DNA of 64,000 bases from an uncultured Acidobacteriaceae bacterium (GTDB lineage Bacteria > Acidobacteriota > Terriglobia > Terriglobales > Acidobacteriaceae), in the NCBI GenBank assembly GCA_963795875.1, contig CAWCJM010000003.1:662574-726573 (forward strand), in the 5' to 3' direction. A program made the position numbers and the translations under genes. The notes below the pieces were generated by a model. The model saw only the letters and a program-made list of their open reading frames with translations. It was not told the origin of the DNA and searched no databases. Below are positions 19,142-28,020 of the stretch, piece after piece (position 1 is the stretch's first letter; each line of letters begins with the position of its first letter).

Positions 19142-19180
19142 GGGAGAAGGGAAGGAAGGGTTCAAATCGAGCCCCCCTCT
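19142..19180 (+). repeat. Inverted-repeat arm B (pairs with 21553-21591)
   Basis: 'gggagaagggaaggaagggttcaaatcgagcccccctct' versus the reverse complement of 21553-21591, 'gggagaagggaaagagacccccaaatcgcgcccccctat'. 30 of 39 positions identical, with identical 12-nt outer ends. Confidence 0.6.
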
Positions 19181-19183
19181 GCG

Positions 19184-19273
19184 AAAAAAAAACAAAAAAG
19201 GGGGAGGGAAGGAAAGAGTAAAAAAGGAGGGGCAGAAAAGGATGGGGTGGAAAAGGAAAAGGAAGGACAAAGA
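19184..19273 (+). repeat. About 90-nt polypurine (GA-rich) low-complexity tract
   Basis: aaaaaaaaacaaaaaagggggagggaaggaaagagtaaaaaaggaggggcagaaaaggatggggtggaaaaggaaaaggaaggacaaaga, with only about 6 pyrimidines. Confidence 0.8.
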
Positions 19274-19291
19274 TGTGTCGATTTTCATTTT

Positions 19292-19330
19292 GGGGGCGTG
19301 GTGCACGGGTGGGCGTGCGGGGTTGGGGGG
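19292..19330 (+). other. G-quadruplex-type motif (5 runs of at least 3 G)
   Basis: ggggg cgtggtgcac ggg t ggg cgtgc gggg tt gggggg. Confidence 0.5.
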
Positions 19331-19463
19331 CAGGCAATGGCGACGTGATGGTATTGTCAAGTCATGGGCAGCAACATATTGATGTCATATCGCGCGAGCA
19401 TAGAAGACCGAAAATGGAAGGCGAGCCCCTCGGCAAACTCGAATCCTTATGCCGGCTATTCGT

Positions 19464-20458
19464 CTATTTGGATTTTCGTGGACGCGAAAACGGACGCAAT
19501 TCCTCTGGATGCTCGCGAAGGTAGGCAAGCAGGTGCTGTTTTTTTTCCTTTCCTCTCCCTTGAGCCATGTTGAGTCCATCCTCGTCGGTCGAAAGAAGTT
19601 GCGGAAAACACGTTTGGACACGGTCATAGATGGAGCGCCAAGTTTTCTTGACGGCAAAAAGTGATATCCCAATGTGGTCACTGATCTCCTCGTCCGTTCC
19701 ACCCGGCGCGATAGCCGCCCGCAACAGGCGTTGCTCGCTCAAACTAAACCCTATTTGCGGCCGGTCGCTGATGAAGAGGGAGCCGACCCAAGATCCTGGA
19801 TGAGCCAACGCCAGTTCACGCGTGACCCCAAAGTCTCGCGGCTCATCTGAGAAAGTCTGTTGATCGACGGCGGGAAAACTCGCGCTGTAGATTCCCGTGT
19901 TGCGGTCGAAGAAAAATCCACCGGCCTGGGGGGCATTGGATAACATTTGAGGAGAGTCCGCCTCGGCGAATATCTCTTTGAGGTGAAACCCACGAAAAGT
20001 TGTACGAATGCGCGCGTTACTTCCGCCGCGACCTCCGGACGGGCAGCTTCCTCTGGCGGGCAAGTGTCGTGCCAAACCACAAGGGTCAGCCCGGCGCCAG
20101 AATTCCCATCTCGAACTTCGGCTGCAGAAAGCAGCGGTGACTTCCCATTGACGAGTCGTTTGACCAACTCCGGCGCAATCCAGAGTGACGGCGTTCTCTG
20201 AATGTCGCGCAGAAAATCATCGTAAACAAAAACCGCCATGCCAATCCCAATAAGGCGGGCGGTCCCGGCGTGAGTTTCCTCAAATAGATTAACGGTCGTG
20301 TAGTCGTCGCGTAAAACACGCCTGATTGCAATTGGAACTTGCTCGATGAGGGTTCCGTATCGCGGACCAAGAATGGGATTCCGGGCAAGATGCGCGACAC
20401 AGGTGCTGATATCCCTCGGCTGCGCAGGTCGGTGCGTTACGCTCACGGAAAGCCCCAA
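19464..20458 (-). CDS. LuxR-family (HTH) transcriptional regulator, one frameshift near 20000-20075
   Basis: C-terminal LSEQRLLRAAIAPGGTDEEISDHIGISLFAVKKTWRSIYDRV is a LuxR/GerE-type HTH. ORFs 19751-20458 and 19464-20075 overlap in different frames. Confidence 0.65.
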
Positions 20459-20668
20459 AAAATTATAGTTGCAAAATCTTTCAGCCCTCTTTTAGAGACT
20501 TGCATATAGCACATTTTTCTTTAGACTGCCAACCTAGTTCGTTCCATGAAGCAACTTCAGGGATCTCGAACTCAACCAGTGGAACTGATTCACTTAGCAA
20601 CCGTAAGATTTTCGCGTCACACAAACGGGCCTCAGACTCGCTGGACAAGAAGTTTCTCAGGAGGACGT

Positions 20669-21142
20669 ATGAAACACAATATTGCGAGAACAACGGTCGT
20701 ACAAATCGCATTGGCCATGGCTGTGGTGAGTATCGCGCCATCAGCCTACGCTCAACATTGCTCATTCGCCGGGGCAGCTGGGAGTTATGGGTTCTCCGAC
20801 AGTGGAACAGTTGTTGGTGTCGGGCCGAGAGCGGCTGTGGGCTTACTGACCTTTAACGCGGCTGGGCAGGTCCAAGGCCCGGTGACGGCGAGCTTGGCCG
20901 GTGGCATCACGCAGACATCGCTCTTTGGGACGTATACGGTGAATCCTGACTGCAGTGGTACAGCCAGCTTTGCCGAGCTCGATCAGAACGGAAACCCCGT
21001 GCTTACGGCAACTGTCGTTGTCGTATGGGACGACAACATGCGCGAGGCCCGATTCATCTTCACATCGGTTGTTCTGGCCAATGGCACACCCCTTGCCACC
21101 GCGGTTAATGGCGAGGCAAAAAAGCTAATGCACTCACATTGA
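20669..21142 (+). CDS. Secreted hypothetical protein
   Basis: Signal peptide MKHNIARTTVVQIALAMAVVSIAPSAYAQ. About 157 aa, beta-rich. Confidence 0.5.
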   Translation: MKHNIARTTVVQIALAMAVVSIAPSAYAQHCSFAGAAGSYGFSDSGTVVGVGPRAAVGLLTFNAAGQVQGPVTASLAGGITQTSLFGTYTVNPDCSGTASFAELDQNGNPVLTATVVVVWDDNMREARFIFTSVVLANGTPLATAVNGEAKKLMHSH

Positions 21143-21166
21143 TCCCCGGCGTTACTAACTCACCCA

Positions 21167-21454
21167 TTGTGTGGTCAGCGACCTCGTCAAACACAAATGG
21201 GCTGCTGCGCGAAGGTTACCGAGAGTCGGCTAAAGAAGGAGCGTTGGCTGACTCTGGACATCAGTCAGACCGCAGTTTCTGATCCGCTGGGGGAAAACTG
21301 GAACTTCCACTGTGACGTTACGAAAACAGTCCTTTGTGATGGTACCGATCTGATTAACGTTGGTCTGCTTTGGTACCCAGGCGGCATGGCAACCATGCCG
21401 ACTCTAGGTGGAAACAACAGTCAGGCATGGGGCGCGAACAATTTAGTCAAGTAG
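21167..21454 (+). pseudogene. Fragment of a HAF-family extracellular repeat protein
   Basis: ...VGLLWYPGGMATMPTLGGNNSQAWGANNLVK*, with VVGVAET continuing after the stop. This resembles the LGTLGG..S.A.GIN..GQVVG repeat; only about 1 repeat is present. Confidence 0.35.
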
Positions 21455-21552
21455 TAGGTGTCGCCGAGACTACAATCAAGATGTGAATTGTGTAGCGCCT
21501 CAAGTCCTGGGCCTAGTCAGAGACCAGTCCCAGTCCAAACATGATCACATGG

Positions 21553-21591
21553 ATAGGGGGGCGCGATTTGGGGGTCTCTTTCCCTTCTCCC
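21553..21591 (-). repeat. Inverted-repeat arm B' (pairs with 19142-19180)
   Basis: See arm B. Lies immediately before the third copy of the 14-mer. Confidence 0.6.
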
Positions 21592-21605
21592 GTCAAACGG
21601 GGAGA
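21592..21605 (+). repeat. 14-nt direct repeat copy 3 'gtcaaacggggaga'
   Basis: Identical to copies at 3600 and 19128. Confidence 0.7.
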
Positions 21606-21637
21606 GGGGTGGAAGGAAGGGACGGCAAAACTGCCAC
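21606..21637 (+). repeat. TIR-like arm C (about 70% similar to left TIR A), no partner found in the window
   Basis: 'ggggtggaaggaagggacggcaaaactgccac' versus A 'ggggtgagaacaggacgggatggaatatgcac'. The first 6 nt are identical, as are the 7 nt preceding them. Confidence 0.45.
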
Positions 21638-21909
21638 ACCCCCTCCGACCGCCACAGAGCTTCCGTTTTTGACTTGACCAAGGCCTCGCGACGCCGTGCG
21701 CAAGAAGAACAAACGAGCAAACCTGAAAAGGACACTAAACCGTGCCTCAATGGTCGAGTCCAAAAGAACAAGATCCGATCAAGATCAATGACGGCGACAG
21801 ATGCTTTCAATTTCATCTCTCGTTATGATCCACTCTTCTCGCGGTAGCGCGAGCTCCGACTGCACCTGATCGAGAACCCGATGTCCATTTTCAATAAGTC
21901 GGTCCGCCA

Positions 21910-22371
21910 ATGCCTTCAGCGTTTCGGCATTTGCCTTCAAAATCTCGGAAGCGTGAGGCAAGAAGTCTTGCATCGTGTCAGTATCACGGTGCCTCGCCTC
22001 TCTTTCTCTACACCAAGCATCCCGAGGCCAAGTCTCTAGCGCCTGACGGAACTTCCGGCGTATGTGACACTCGCGGATTGTTGCAACGGTCTTCCGTAAT
22101 TGCAGCATCACGTCGATACGTGGGAAAAGAAACCGACCGCCGATGGGAACAAGGCGAGGATTTGAGTCTCGTTGAATTCACGTCGTTCGAATATCAACAA
22201 TCAAAACAAGTGGTTGCTGGAGAAGATATCAAACAAGACATTCTCAAGACCGCAATTCGCAAGCTGGAACGCAGTACAGACATCAGTCATCACACGCTTG
22301 AGAAGATTCCGCGAGGCGAACCAGTTCGTCGCAAGACGTTGGACAAGATAGTGAAGCTGACTCGATACTGA
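21910..22371 (+). CDS. Paralog of the PolB-coupled 158-aa protein (homology from about 21979). Possibly the remnant of a second casposon-like element.
   Basis: QYHG...HPEAKSLAPDGTSGVCDTRGLLQRSSVIAASRRYVGKETDRRWEQGEDLS and C-terminal ISHHTLEKIPRGEPVRRKTLDKIVKL align with HREAKSSAPDGSRCKPDTAGLLKR...IGKETERGWEQSDDVS and LSRHTIVRARRGQPVHARSLQLLKNVV of 4314-4790. Confidence 0.55.
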   Translation: MPSAFRHLPSKSRKREARSLASCQYHGASPLFLYTKHPEAKSLAPDGTSGVCDTRGLLQRSSVIAASRRYVGKETDRRWEQGEDLSLVEFTSFEYQQSKQVVAGEDIKQDILKTAIRKLERSTDISHHTLEKIPRGEPVRRKTLDKIVKLTRY

Positions 22372-22431
22372 AGACTCGGAAATGGTCCTTCAGTGATTCT
22401 AGCTGCCGCCGCCGGACCGTTGAACGAATTC

Positions 22432-24861
22432 TTACTCGGCTCGAAGGGCTTCATTAGGGTTTACCGATGCTGCTCGAGTTGCCGGTATGATCACCGCCAG
22501 TGCAGCAGCCAAAACCAGTGCGCTGATAGCGATCCACACCGATAGTGGATCGACCGTGCTCGTATTAAAGAGCAACCCGCTTATCAAGCGTGCTCCGGCG
22601 AGCCCAGCAGCAAGCCCAACAACAATTCCAATTGCGGTGAATTTCCCCGCCTGGCTCAACACAAGATGCAGAATATCAGTACGGTTTGCGCCCACTGCCA
22701 TCCTCACGCCAATTTCCCGCGTGCGTTGTGCGACAGAGTAGGAGAGGACTCCGTAGATTCCAATACCAGCGAGCGCCAATGCCACGATTGAAAATATGCC
22801 AAGCAGCCTGGCAGTCATCTGTTGCCGTGCCAGTGTGTCGGATAGCAACGCATCGACCGTCTGCGGCCGGTAAATGGGCTGAGCCGGATCCAGCGCATGG
22901 ACTGCATTTCTGACAATCGGCCCCGTATTCTGCGGATCGATGGCAGAGCGCACAAGCAGCACTTCATGGAGTCCAAAGCCGGGAAGGTAGATTTCCGGTT
23001 GCGCTTCGGTATCGACTCCGAGGTCGTGGGCGTTGGCGACGACTCCAATCACTGGAATCCTGTCCGGGTGCGCGGTAAGTACTCCGAGCAGGATGTTGGC
23101 GCCTATAGGATTCCTTGCTGACAGAAATCGCTGAGCGAAAGCACGATTCACGACGAAGGAATTGGATTTGTTCTCAATGTCCTTTTGCTCGAATATCCTG
23201 CCTTCTTCCAACCGAAGGCCCAACGTCTGGAAAAAACTGGGGCTGACATAGCGAATTTGCGCCACAGGAAACGTTCCGGGAGCCAAGGGCGCCGCGCCTT
23301 CGACCAGGAATCGCGTCATCACCTCAGAAGGCTTGAGCGGAAGAACGCTTGTAGTGCCGGCGGAAAGAATTCCGGGCGATTGCACAATATTATCGAGAAG
23401 ATGCTCGAAGAAGTGGTTGGTTGTGGGACTCTCGTCGCCATACCGCGGTTCAGGAAGCGTGATTTCGACACTGAGAAGATGGTCTGTGCGGAACCCGGGA
23501 TCAACGGCAAGCAGCTTTTGAAAGCTTCGAATGACCAATGTGCTGAGAAACAGCACCACGACCGCAATAGCGATTTCCGCTGCAACCAGCGTTCCTCGTG
23601 CTCGCGCTCGGCCATGTCCGCCAGTATTGCTGCGATCTCCCGGGCGCAGCGTCTCCGTAAGACTCGCTGGATTCTTTATGACCGGCAGCAGGCCAAACAG
23701 AACTGCGGTGAGCGTGCATATCCCTAATGTGAACAACAGCACAGGAATGCTGAGGCTGATGGACTCAATCATCGATCGGTCAAGACCGGCAGCGTGGGCA
23801 AGAGTGAGACGCAACAAGGGAACAGCTCCGGCCGCGAGCAAGATTCCCAGCGCACCTCCCAGTAGACAAAGCACCAGCGTTTGAGCGAGAAACTCAGAAA
23901 AAAGTCGAAAGCGGTCCGCGCCGAGCGCCTGACGAACCGCAACTTCACGCCGCTTCGCTGTGGCTCTTACCATCAGAAGATTGGCGACATTGGCACACGC
24001 GATCAGCAGTACCAACACGACCGCGCCCAGAAGGCTGATAATGGCTGGCCGCAACGTCCCCACGAGTTGTTCGCGCAGCGGCTTGAGAAGCACCCTCCAG
24101 TTGCGGTTCGTCGCAGGATATTCGGCTGCGAGCCGCACAGCAACCATCTGCATGTCAGAGTTCGCACTTGTCAAACCGGTGCCCGGACGTAGCCGGCCCA
24201 GGACATTCACGGAGTGCCATATGCGAGAGACGCGAGTGTCCTGATCCAACAGCGACAGCGGTAGCCAAATCTCGCCCCCCGTTGGATAAGCGGCGCCTGG
24301 CGGCAACACACCCACGACGGTATAGTCGGCTCCGTTCAGTTCGACGTTGCGTCCCAGGACGCCCGGATCTCTGCCAAAGTAGCGATCCCATGCAGAAGCG
24401 CTCAATACGGCAACATGATCGTTTGCTGGAGTGTCATCCTGTTCGTTGATCAGTCGGCCGATCAGAGGAGAGATCCCCAGTAGTGAGAAGAAATTGCCGG
24501 ACACGATCACGCGATGTACCTGCTCGGATTGTCCATCCATCACGAGCGAAACCGTATCTGGGTTGATCGTGGAATATGCGGCGATTTGTGAAAAGCTGCT
24601 CTGCTGCGACTTCCAATCCTCATAATCCGGATAGGTAGCCTCGATGCCATTCTGAACCTGGGGGTTAGTCTCAGACAAGGCGACAATGCTGCTCGCATCC
24701 TCGAAGGGAAGCGATTTCAGGAGCAGCCCATAAACGCAACTGAAAATGGCCGTGGTCGCCCCAACGCCCAGCGCCAGGGTCAAGACCGCGGCAACGGTGA
24801 ACCCTGGAGACTTACGCAGTTGGCGCACGGAGTAACGTAGATCTCGCAATAAAGTCTGCAT
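22432..24861 (-). CDS. ADOP-family duplicated ABC-type permease (MacB-like FtsX domains), intact
   Basis: N-terminus MQTLLRDLRYSVRQLRKSPGFTVAAVLTLALGVGATTAIFS, two MacB_PCD/FtsX halves, about 810 aa. Typical of Acidobacteria. Confidence 0.85.
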   Translation of the reverse strand: MQTLLRDLRYSVRQLRKSPGFTVAAVLTLALGVGATTAIFSCVYGLLLKSLPFEDASSIVALSETNPQVQNGIEATYPDYEDWKSQQSSFSQIAAYSTINPDTVSLVMDGQSEQVHRVIVSGNFFSLLGISPLIGRLINEQDDTPANDHVAVLSASAWDRYFGRDPGVLGRNVELNGADYTVVGVLPPGAAYPTGGEIWLPLSLLDQDTRVSRIWHSVNVLGRLRPGTGLTSANSDMQMVAVRLAAEYPATNRNWRVLLKPLREQLVGTLRPAIISLLGAVVLVLLIACANVANLLMVRATAKRREVAVRQALGADRFRLFSEFLAQTLVLCLLGGALGILLAAGAVPLLRLTLAHAAGLDRSMIESISLSIPVLLFTLGICTLTAVLFGLLPVIKNPASLTETLRPGDRSNTGGHGRARARGTLVAAEIAIAVVVLFLSTLVIRSFQKLLAVDPGFRTDHLLSVEITLPEPRYGDESPTTNHFFEHLLDNIVQSPGILSAGTTSVLPLKPSEVMTRFLVEGAAPLAPGTFPVAQIRYVSPSFFQTLGLRLEEGRIFEQKDIENKSNSFVVNRAFAQRFLSARNPIGANILLGVLTAHPDRIPVIGVVANAHDLGVDTEAQPEIYLPGFGLHEVLLVRSAIDPQNTGPIVRNAVHALDPAQPIYRPQTVDALLSDTLARQQMTARLLGIFSIVALALAGIGIYGVLSYSVAQRTREIGVRMAVGANRTDILHLVLSQAGKFTAIGIVVGLAAGLAGARLISGLLFNTSTVDPLSVWIAISALVLAAALAVIIPATRAASVNPNEALRAE

Positions 24862-24969
24862 TGATCCCCACCTCGTGGCAGGAGGATGGCGAAAGGAGCG
24901 ATGTTGCTGACTTGCCAAAAATATAGCACTGCTTGCAGAGGCAAGCTTGCGCTAAATTCAATGCGATCT

Positions 24970-25200
24970 TCAGCATCGCAGCGTCGCCCAGCGGATCGGG
25001 CGGGACTTGCGCAAAACTTTCCACGCTGTAACTAGGCGTTGGATCGCCTTTGTACCCGGTTTTCGTTCGACGGAACACGTCTCGTGGGCGTCGCGGTATA
25101 AGTCGACGACACTTGGCCCACTCAGCAGCGAGAGGCTTCGCCGCAGCTCCGCACGTTCTGATTCGGTGAAAGCATCCCTCTCATCCTGAGGGTGAGCCAC
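24970..25200 (-). CDS. Hypothetical 76-aa protein
   Basis: ORF only; no recognisable motif. Confidence 0.25.
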   Translation of the reverse strand: MAHPQDERDAFTESERAELRRSLSLLSGPSVVDLYRDAHETCSVERKPGTKAIQRLVTAWKVLRKSRPIRWATLRC

Positions 25201-25302
25201 GACGAATGATCACGGGCAGGGGCCGACGGCGTCGGACCCCGACATAGGGTTTGCCAAGAGGCCACCCTCGGCGTAGACTCGCGGCTCACAAGGAGTTGGA
25301 TC

Positions 25303-27108
25303 GTGTCCGGAACTCCTCAACCCTATTCGGACGAAAACATCGCTTCATCCGACCGGCTGGATTCCTGGAAAGAGATCGCCGTCTATCTCAAGCGGGACGT
25401 CCGCACCGTACAGCGCTGGGAAAAGACTGAGAAACTTCCGGTCCGCCGCCATCTCCACGAAAAGCAAGGTACGATCTACGCCTTCAAATCGGAGATCGAT
25501 GCCTGGAGTCATGACCGTCAACCCCAGGACGACGACGAAGAACCTGCCGACTACAGTGCGTCAAACGTCGCGACCGATACTGACGCAACTCGGACGGACC
25601 CCGAGCAGGAATCTACGAAGCCTGAGCCCGGGCCGGTTCACCGGTGGTTCACGCCAGTAGTCAAACGTTCTCTGGTGATCTTGGCTGTGGCCGCCGCTGG
25701 CGCGTTGGCGGCACATCTGCTCTGGCCCCAGCACCCCATGGTTCTGGCCGTTCTACCCTTTAAGAACCTTGGAGCATCTGACCGCGAAGCTATGGTTGAC
25801 GGTTTCACCGCCGAGACCAAGACCCGGCTGGAACAGGTCCAACCGGAGCGAATGGGCGTTCTGCTGCTCACCAAGAGATACGCGGATCTTCCCGTCGACA
25901 AGGTTGCAGCCGAATTCAACGCCGCCTATGTTCTGCAGGGCGATGCCAGAATCGTAGGCCAGAAGGTCTCCATCACCGCCCGCCTCCTCCGATCGGGCGC
26001 GCGCGGCAGCACTCCTCTCTGGAACGATCAGTACGAAGGCGACCTGCAGGACATCCAGCGAATTCAGAGGGACGTATCGGCGGCGATCGCTCGGGCGGTA
26101 CTCCACGAGTTCCCCGGCGCCCAGCCGACCCAGCAACTGAATACCGAGGCTTATGAGGCCTATCAATGGGGAAACTACTTCCTCAACAAGAGGACCACTC
26201 CCGACCTGCTAAAGGGATTGGATTACTTTCAAAGAGCCGCGCAAGTCGATCCGCACTACGCCCCGGCCTACGCCGGCCTGGCAGCCTCTTATTCTCTGCT
26301 CGGTTCCGCTCCCTACACGCAGCTTCCTCCGAAAGAGAGCTATTCGAAAGCGGAAGCGGCATCCCGCCGGGCGCTCGCCCTCGACGAATCTTTGGCCGAG
26401 GCCCATCTTTCGTTGGGTTACTCGTTGCTGGTGTATGAACGTAACTATGAAGATGCCCGGCGAGAGTTTGAGCGGGCCATCCAATTGCGTCCCGGATACG
26501 CCACCGCCCACGACTATTACGCGTACTACCTGACGGCCATGGGCGAAATGAATAAAGCCATTGCCGAGCGGGAAACCGCCCGCCGCCTGGATCCGGTTTC
26601 ACCGTTGCTCACCACCGCCCTGGGCGAGGCCTATTTTCAAAACCGGCAATTCGATTTAGCCATCCGGATGGACCAGAAGTCTCTCGAACTCGACCCCTCC
26701 TACCCCGTCACCATGATCAATCTCGCCCGCGGCTACGAACAAGTCGGTATGTATCCCCAGGCACGCGACATCTACCAGAAGCTGCTGGGGTTTGCGCCGG
26801 ACGATCCCGGCGTGCTGGCCCTGGCGGGCCACGAGTACGCCGTTTCCGGCGATGCGCCAGCGGCTCGCAAGATCGAGGCTCAGTTGGAGAGCATGCGCAG
26901 CCAACGTTACGTCGCTGCGCTCTATATCGCCCTCGTATGGACGGGCCTGGGCGATCGCGATCGAGCCTTCCAATGGCTGAATCAAGCCTACGACGAAGAC
27001 TGCGAATATCTGGTCTACTTGTCCACGGAGCCCATGGCGGATCCTCTGCGCAGCGACCCCCGCTTCTCCCAGCTCCTTCAAAAGCTGGGACTTACTTCCC
27101 GACGCTGA
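25303..27108 (+). CDS. Membrane-anchored HTH plus TPR-repeat regulator
   Basis: N-terminus LDSWKEIAVYLKRDVRTVQRWEKTEKLPVRRH (excisionase-like HTH), one TM (LVILAVAAAGALAAHLLW), and C-terminal TPR repeats (PHYAPAYAGLA..., LGEAYFQNRQFDLAI...). Confidence 0.75.
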   Translation: MSGTPQPYSDENIASSDRLDSWKEIAVYLKRDVRTVQRWEKTEKLPVRRHLHEKQGTIYAFKSEIDAWSHDRQPQDDDEEPADYSASNVATDTDATRTDPEQESTKPEPGPVHRWFTPVVKRSLVILAVAAAGALAAHLLWPQHPMVLAVLPFKNLGASDREAMVDGFTAETKTRLEQVQPERMGVLLLTKRYADLPVDKVAAEFNAAYVLQGDARIVGQKVSITARLLRSGARGSTPLWNDQYEGDLQDIQRIQRDVSAAIARAVLHEFPGAQPTQQLNTEAYEAYQWGNYFLNKRTTPDLLKGLDYFQRAAQVDPHYAPAYAGLAASYSLLGSAPYTQLPPKESYSKAEAASRRALALDESLAEAHLSLGYSLLVYERNYEDARREFERAIQLRPGYATAHDYYAYYLTAMGEMNKAIAERETARRLDPVSPLLTTALGEAYFQNRQFDLAIRMDQKSLELDPSYPVTMINLARGYEQVGMYPQARDIYQKLLGFAPDDPGVLALAGHEYAVSGDAPAARKIEAQLESMRSQRYVAALYIALVWTGLGDRDRAFQWLNQAYDEDCEYLVYLSTEPMADPLRSDPRFSQLLQKLGLTSRR

Positions 27109-27390
27109 AGGGTCATCTCCTCCACAAATTTCAGGCTCGCGCAAGCCCGGAATCGTGACAGCGGTTTCGAAAATCTCCCCCGAGCCCTTCTCGCCGGCAC
27201 GGCGTAGTGCGACATTCCCTGACACCGCATCTTGCCGCTTGCCCATTCGCGACCTCGCAGCTAGTTTCCGGCCCATGGCAAACGGATCGCAATCGCCGCT
27301 CGCCGCTGTCCGCGATTCTCGTAGCCAACGCGATTTCCGCGCATGAATGGGGACCAGTTCCAAACTTTCAAGATACAGAGGAGACCAAGC

Positions 27391-27822
27391 ATGAGGAAAA
27401 CAACACTGTCACCTTATCTATTTCTGGCGGTTGCCGCAGCAGCTCTGACGTCGGCCCGTCCGACGATGTTTGCCCAAACGTCCACAACCCCCGCCCCTGA
27501 GACCCGCGCTCCTGCTGCTCAGGTCTTTCTGACCAACTCGCAACTCGATCCCAACGAGAACTACCAAGTCGTCCGGGCATTCGTTAAGACCGGCAGCCTG
27601 GATCCGAATTGTCTCGTAACCCTGGGGGACACAACCTTCGTCGTTAACGGCACGCTCGTTTTCTGCGCGCCTCGCCAACCCGACAACTTGGGGAAGGGCA
27701 TCATGATCTCGATCTTTTACCCAGTACCCCCGCCGGACGGGTTCTCTGTCAGCGCGACTCTGTTTCAACAGAGCGCCAAGAAGTATGGCCCTCCCGTTCT
27801 TTGTGATGTGAGCGGCTGCTGA
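27391..27822 (+). CDS. Small secreted hypothetical protein
   Basis: Signal peptide MRKTTLSPYLFLAVAAAALTSARPTMFAQ. Confidence 0.45.
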   Translation: MRKTTLSPYLFLAVAAAALTSARPTMFAQTSTTPAPETRAPAAQVFLTNSQLDPNENYQVVRAFVKTGSLDPNCLVTLGDTTFVVNGTLVFCAPRQPDNLGKGIMISIFYPVPPPDGFSVSATLFQQSAKKYGPPVLCDVSGC

Positions 27823-28020
27823 CTTCGGTGGCATGCCTCTGAAACACGTTGTTATTGGGACCTTGATGTCGTGGGCATTCGGGGGAAGTCCCACGCGCCT
27901 TGCTTCGGGATGGGTTGGACCCCCTCTGATCCACTCCCGGGCAAGGCTTTTCAGGACGCTTCTTAGCTCAGTTGGGGGCAATCCAATGCTCGGCTTCAAA
28001 ACTTAATTCAGGAGAACTCC

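Noticed and set aside
19016-19382. ORFs encoding Lys/Gly/Glu/Arg-rich peptides (19016-19348, 19059-19382) and antisense Pro/Phe-rich ORFs
   Set aside because: They are direct translations of the polypurine and G-rich low-complexity DNA on both strands. There is no start context or domain.
3600-21605. Could the three identical 14-nt direct repeats plus cas1 be a degenerate CRISPR array or locus?
   Set aside because: The repeats are 15.5 kb and 2.4 kb apart, are only 14 nt long, and are flanked by inverted-repeat arms. No cas2 or effector genes are present. The geometry fits transposon TSDs or REP-like palindromes, not a CRISPR array.
21785-22111. Minus-strand ORF as an HNH-protein remnant
   Set aside because: Only a weak 20-25 aa resemblance to the HNH protein C-terminus. 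Its 5' half overlaps the much better supported plus-strand paralog (from 21979). It is mentioned in a finding but not annotated as a feature.
24862-25302. Expected PadR-type regulator upstream of the ADOP permease
   Set aside because: The only ORF there (24970-25200) has no PadR-like winged-helix motif, so no regulator is called.
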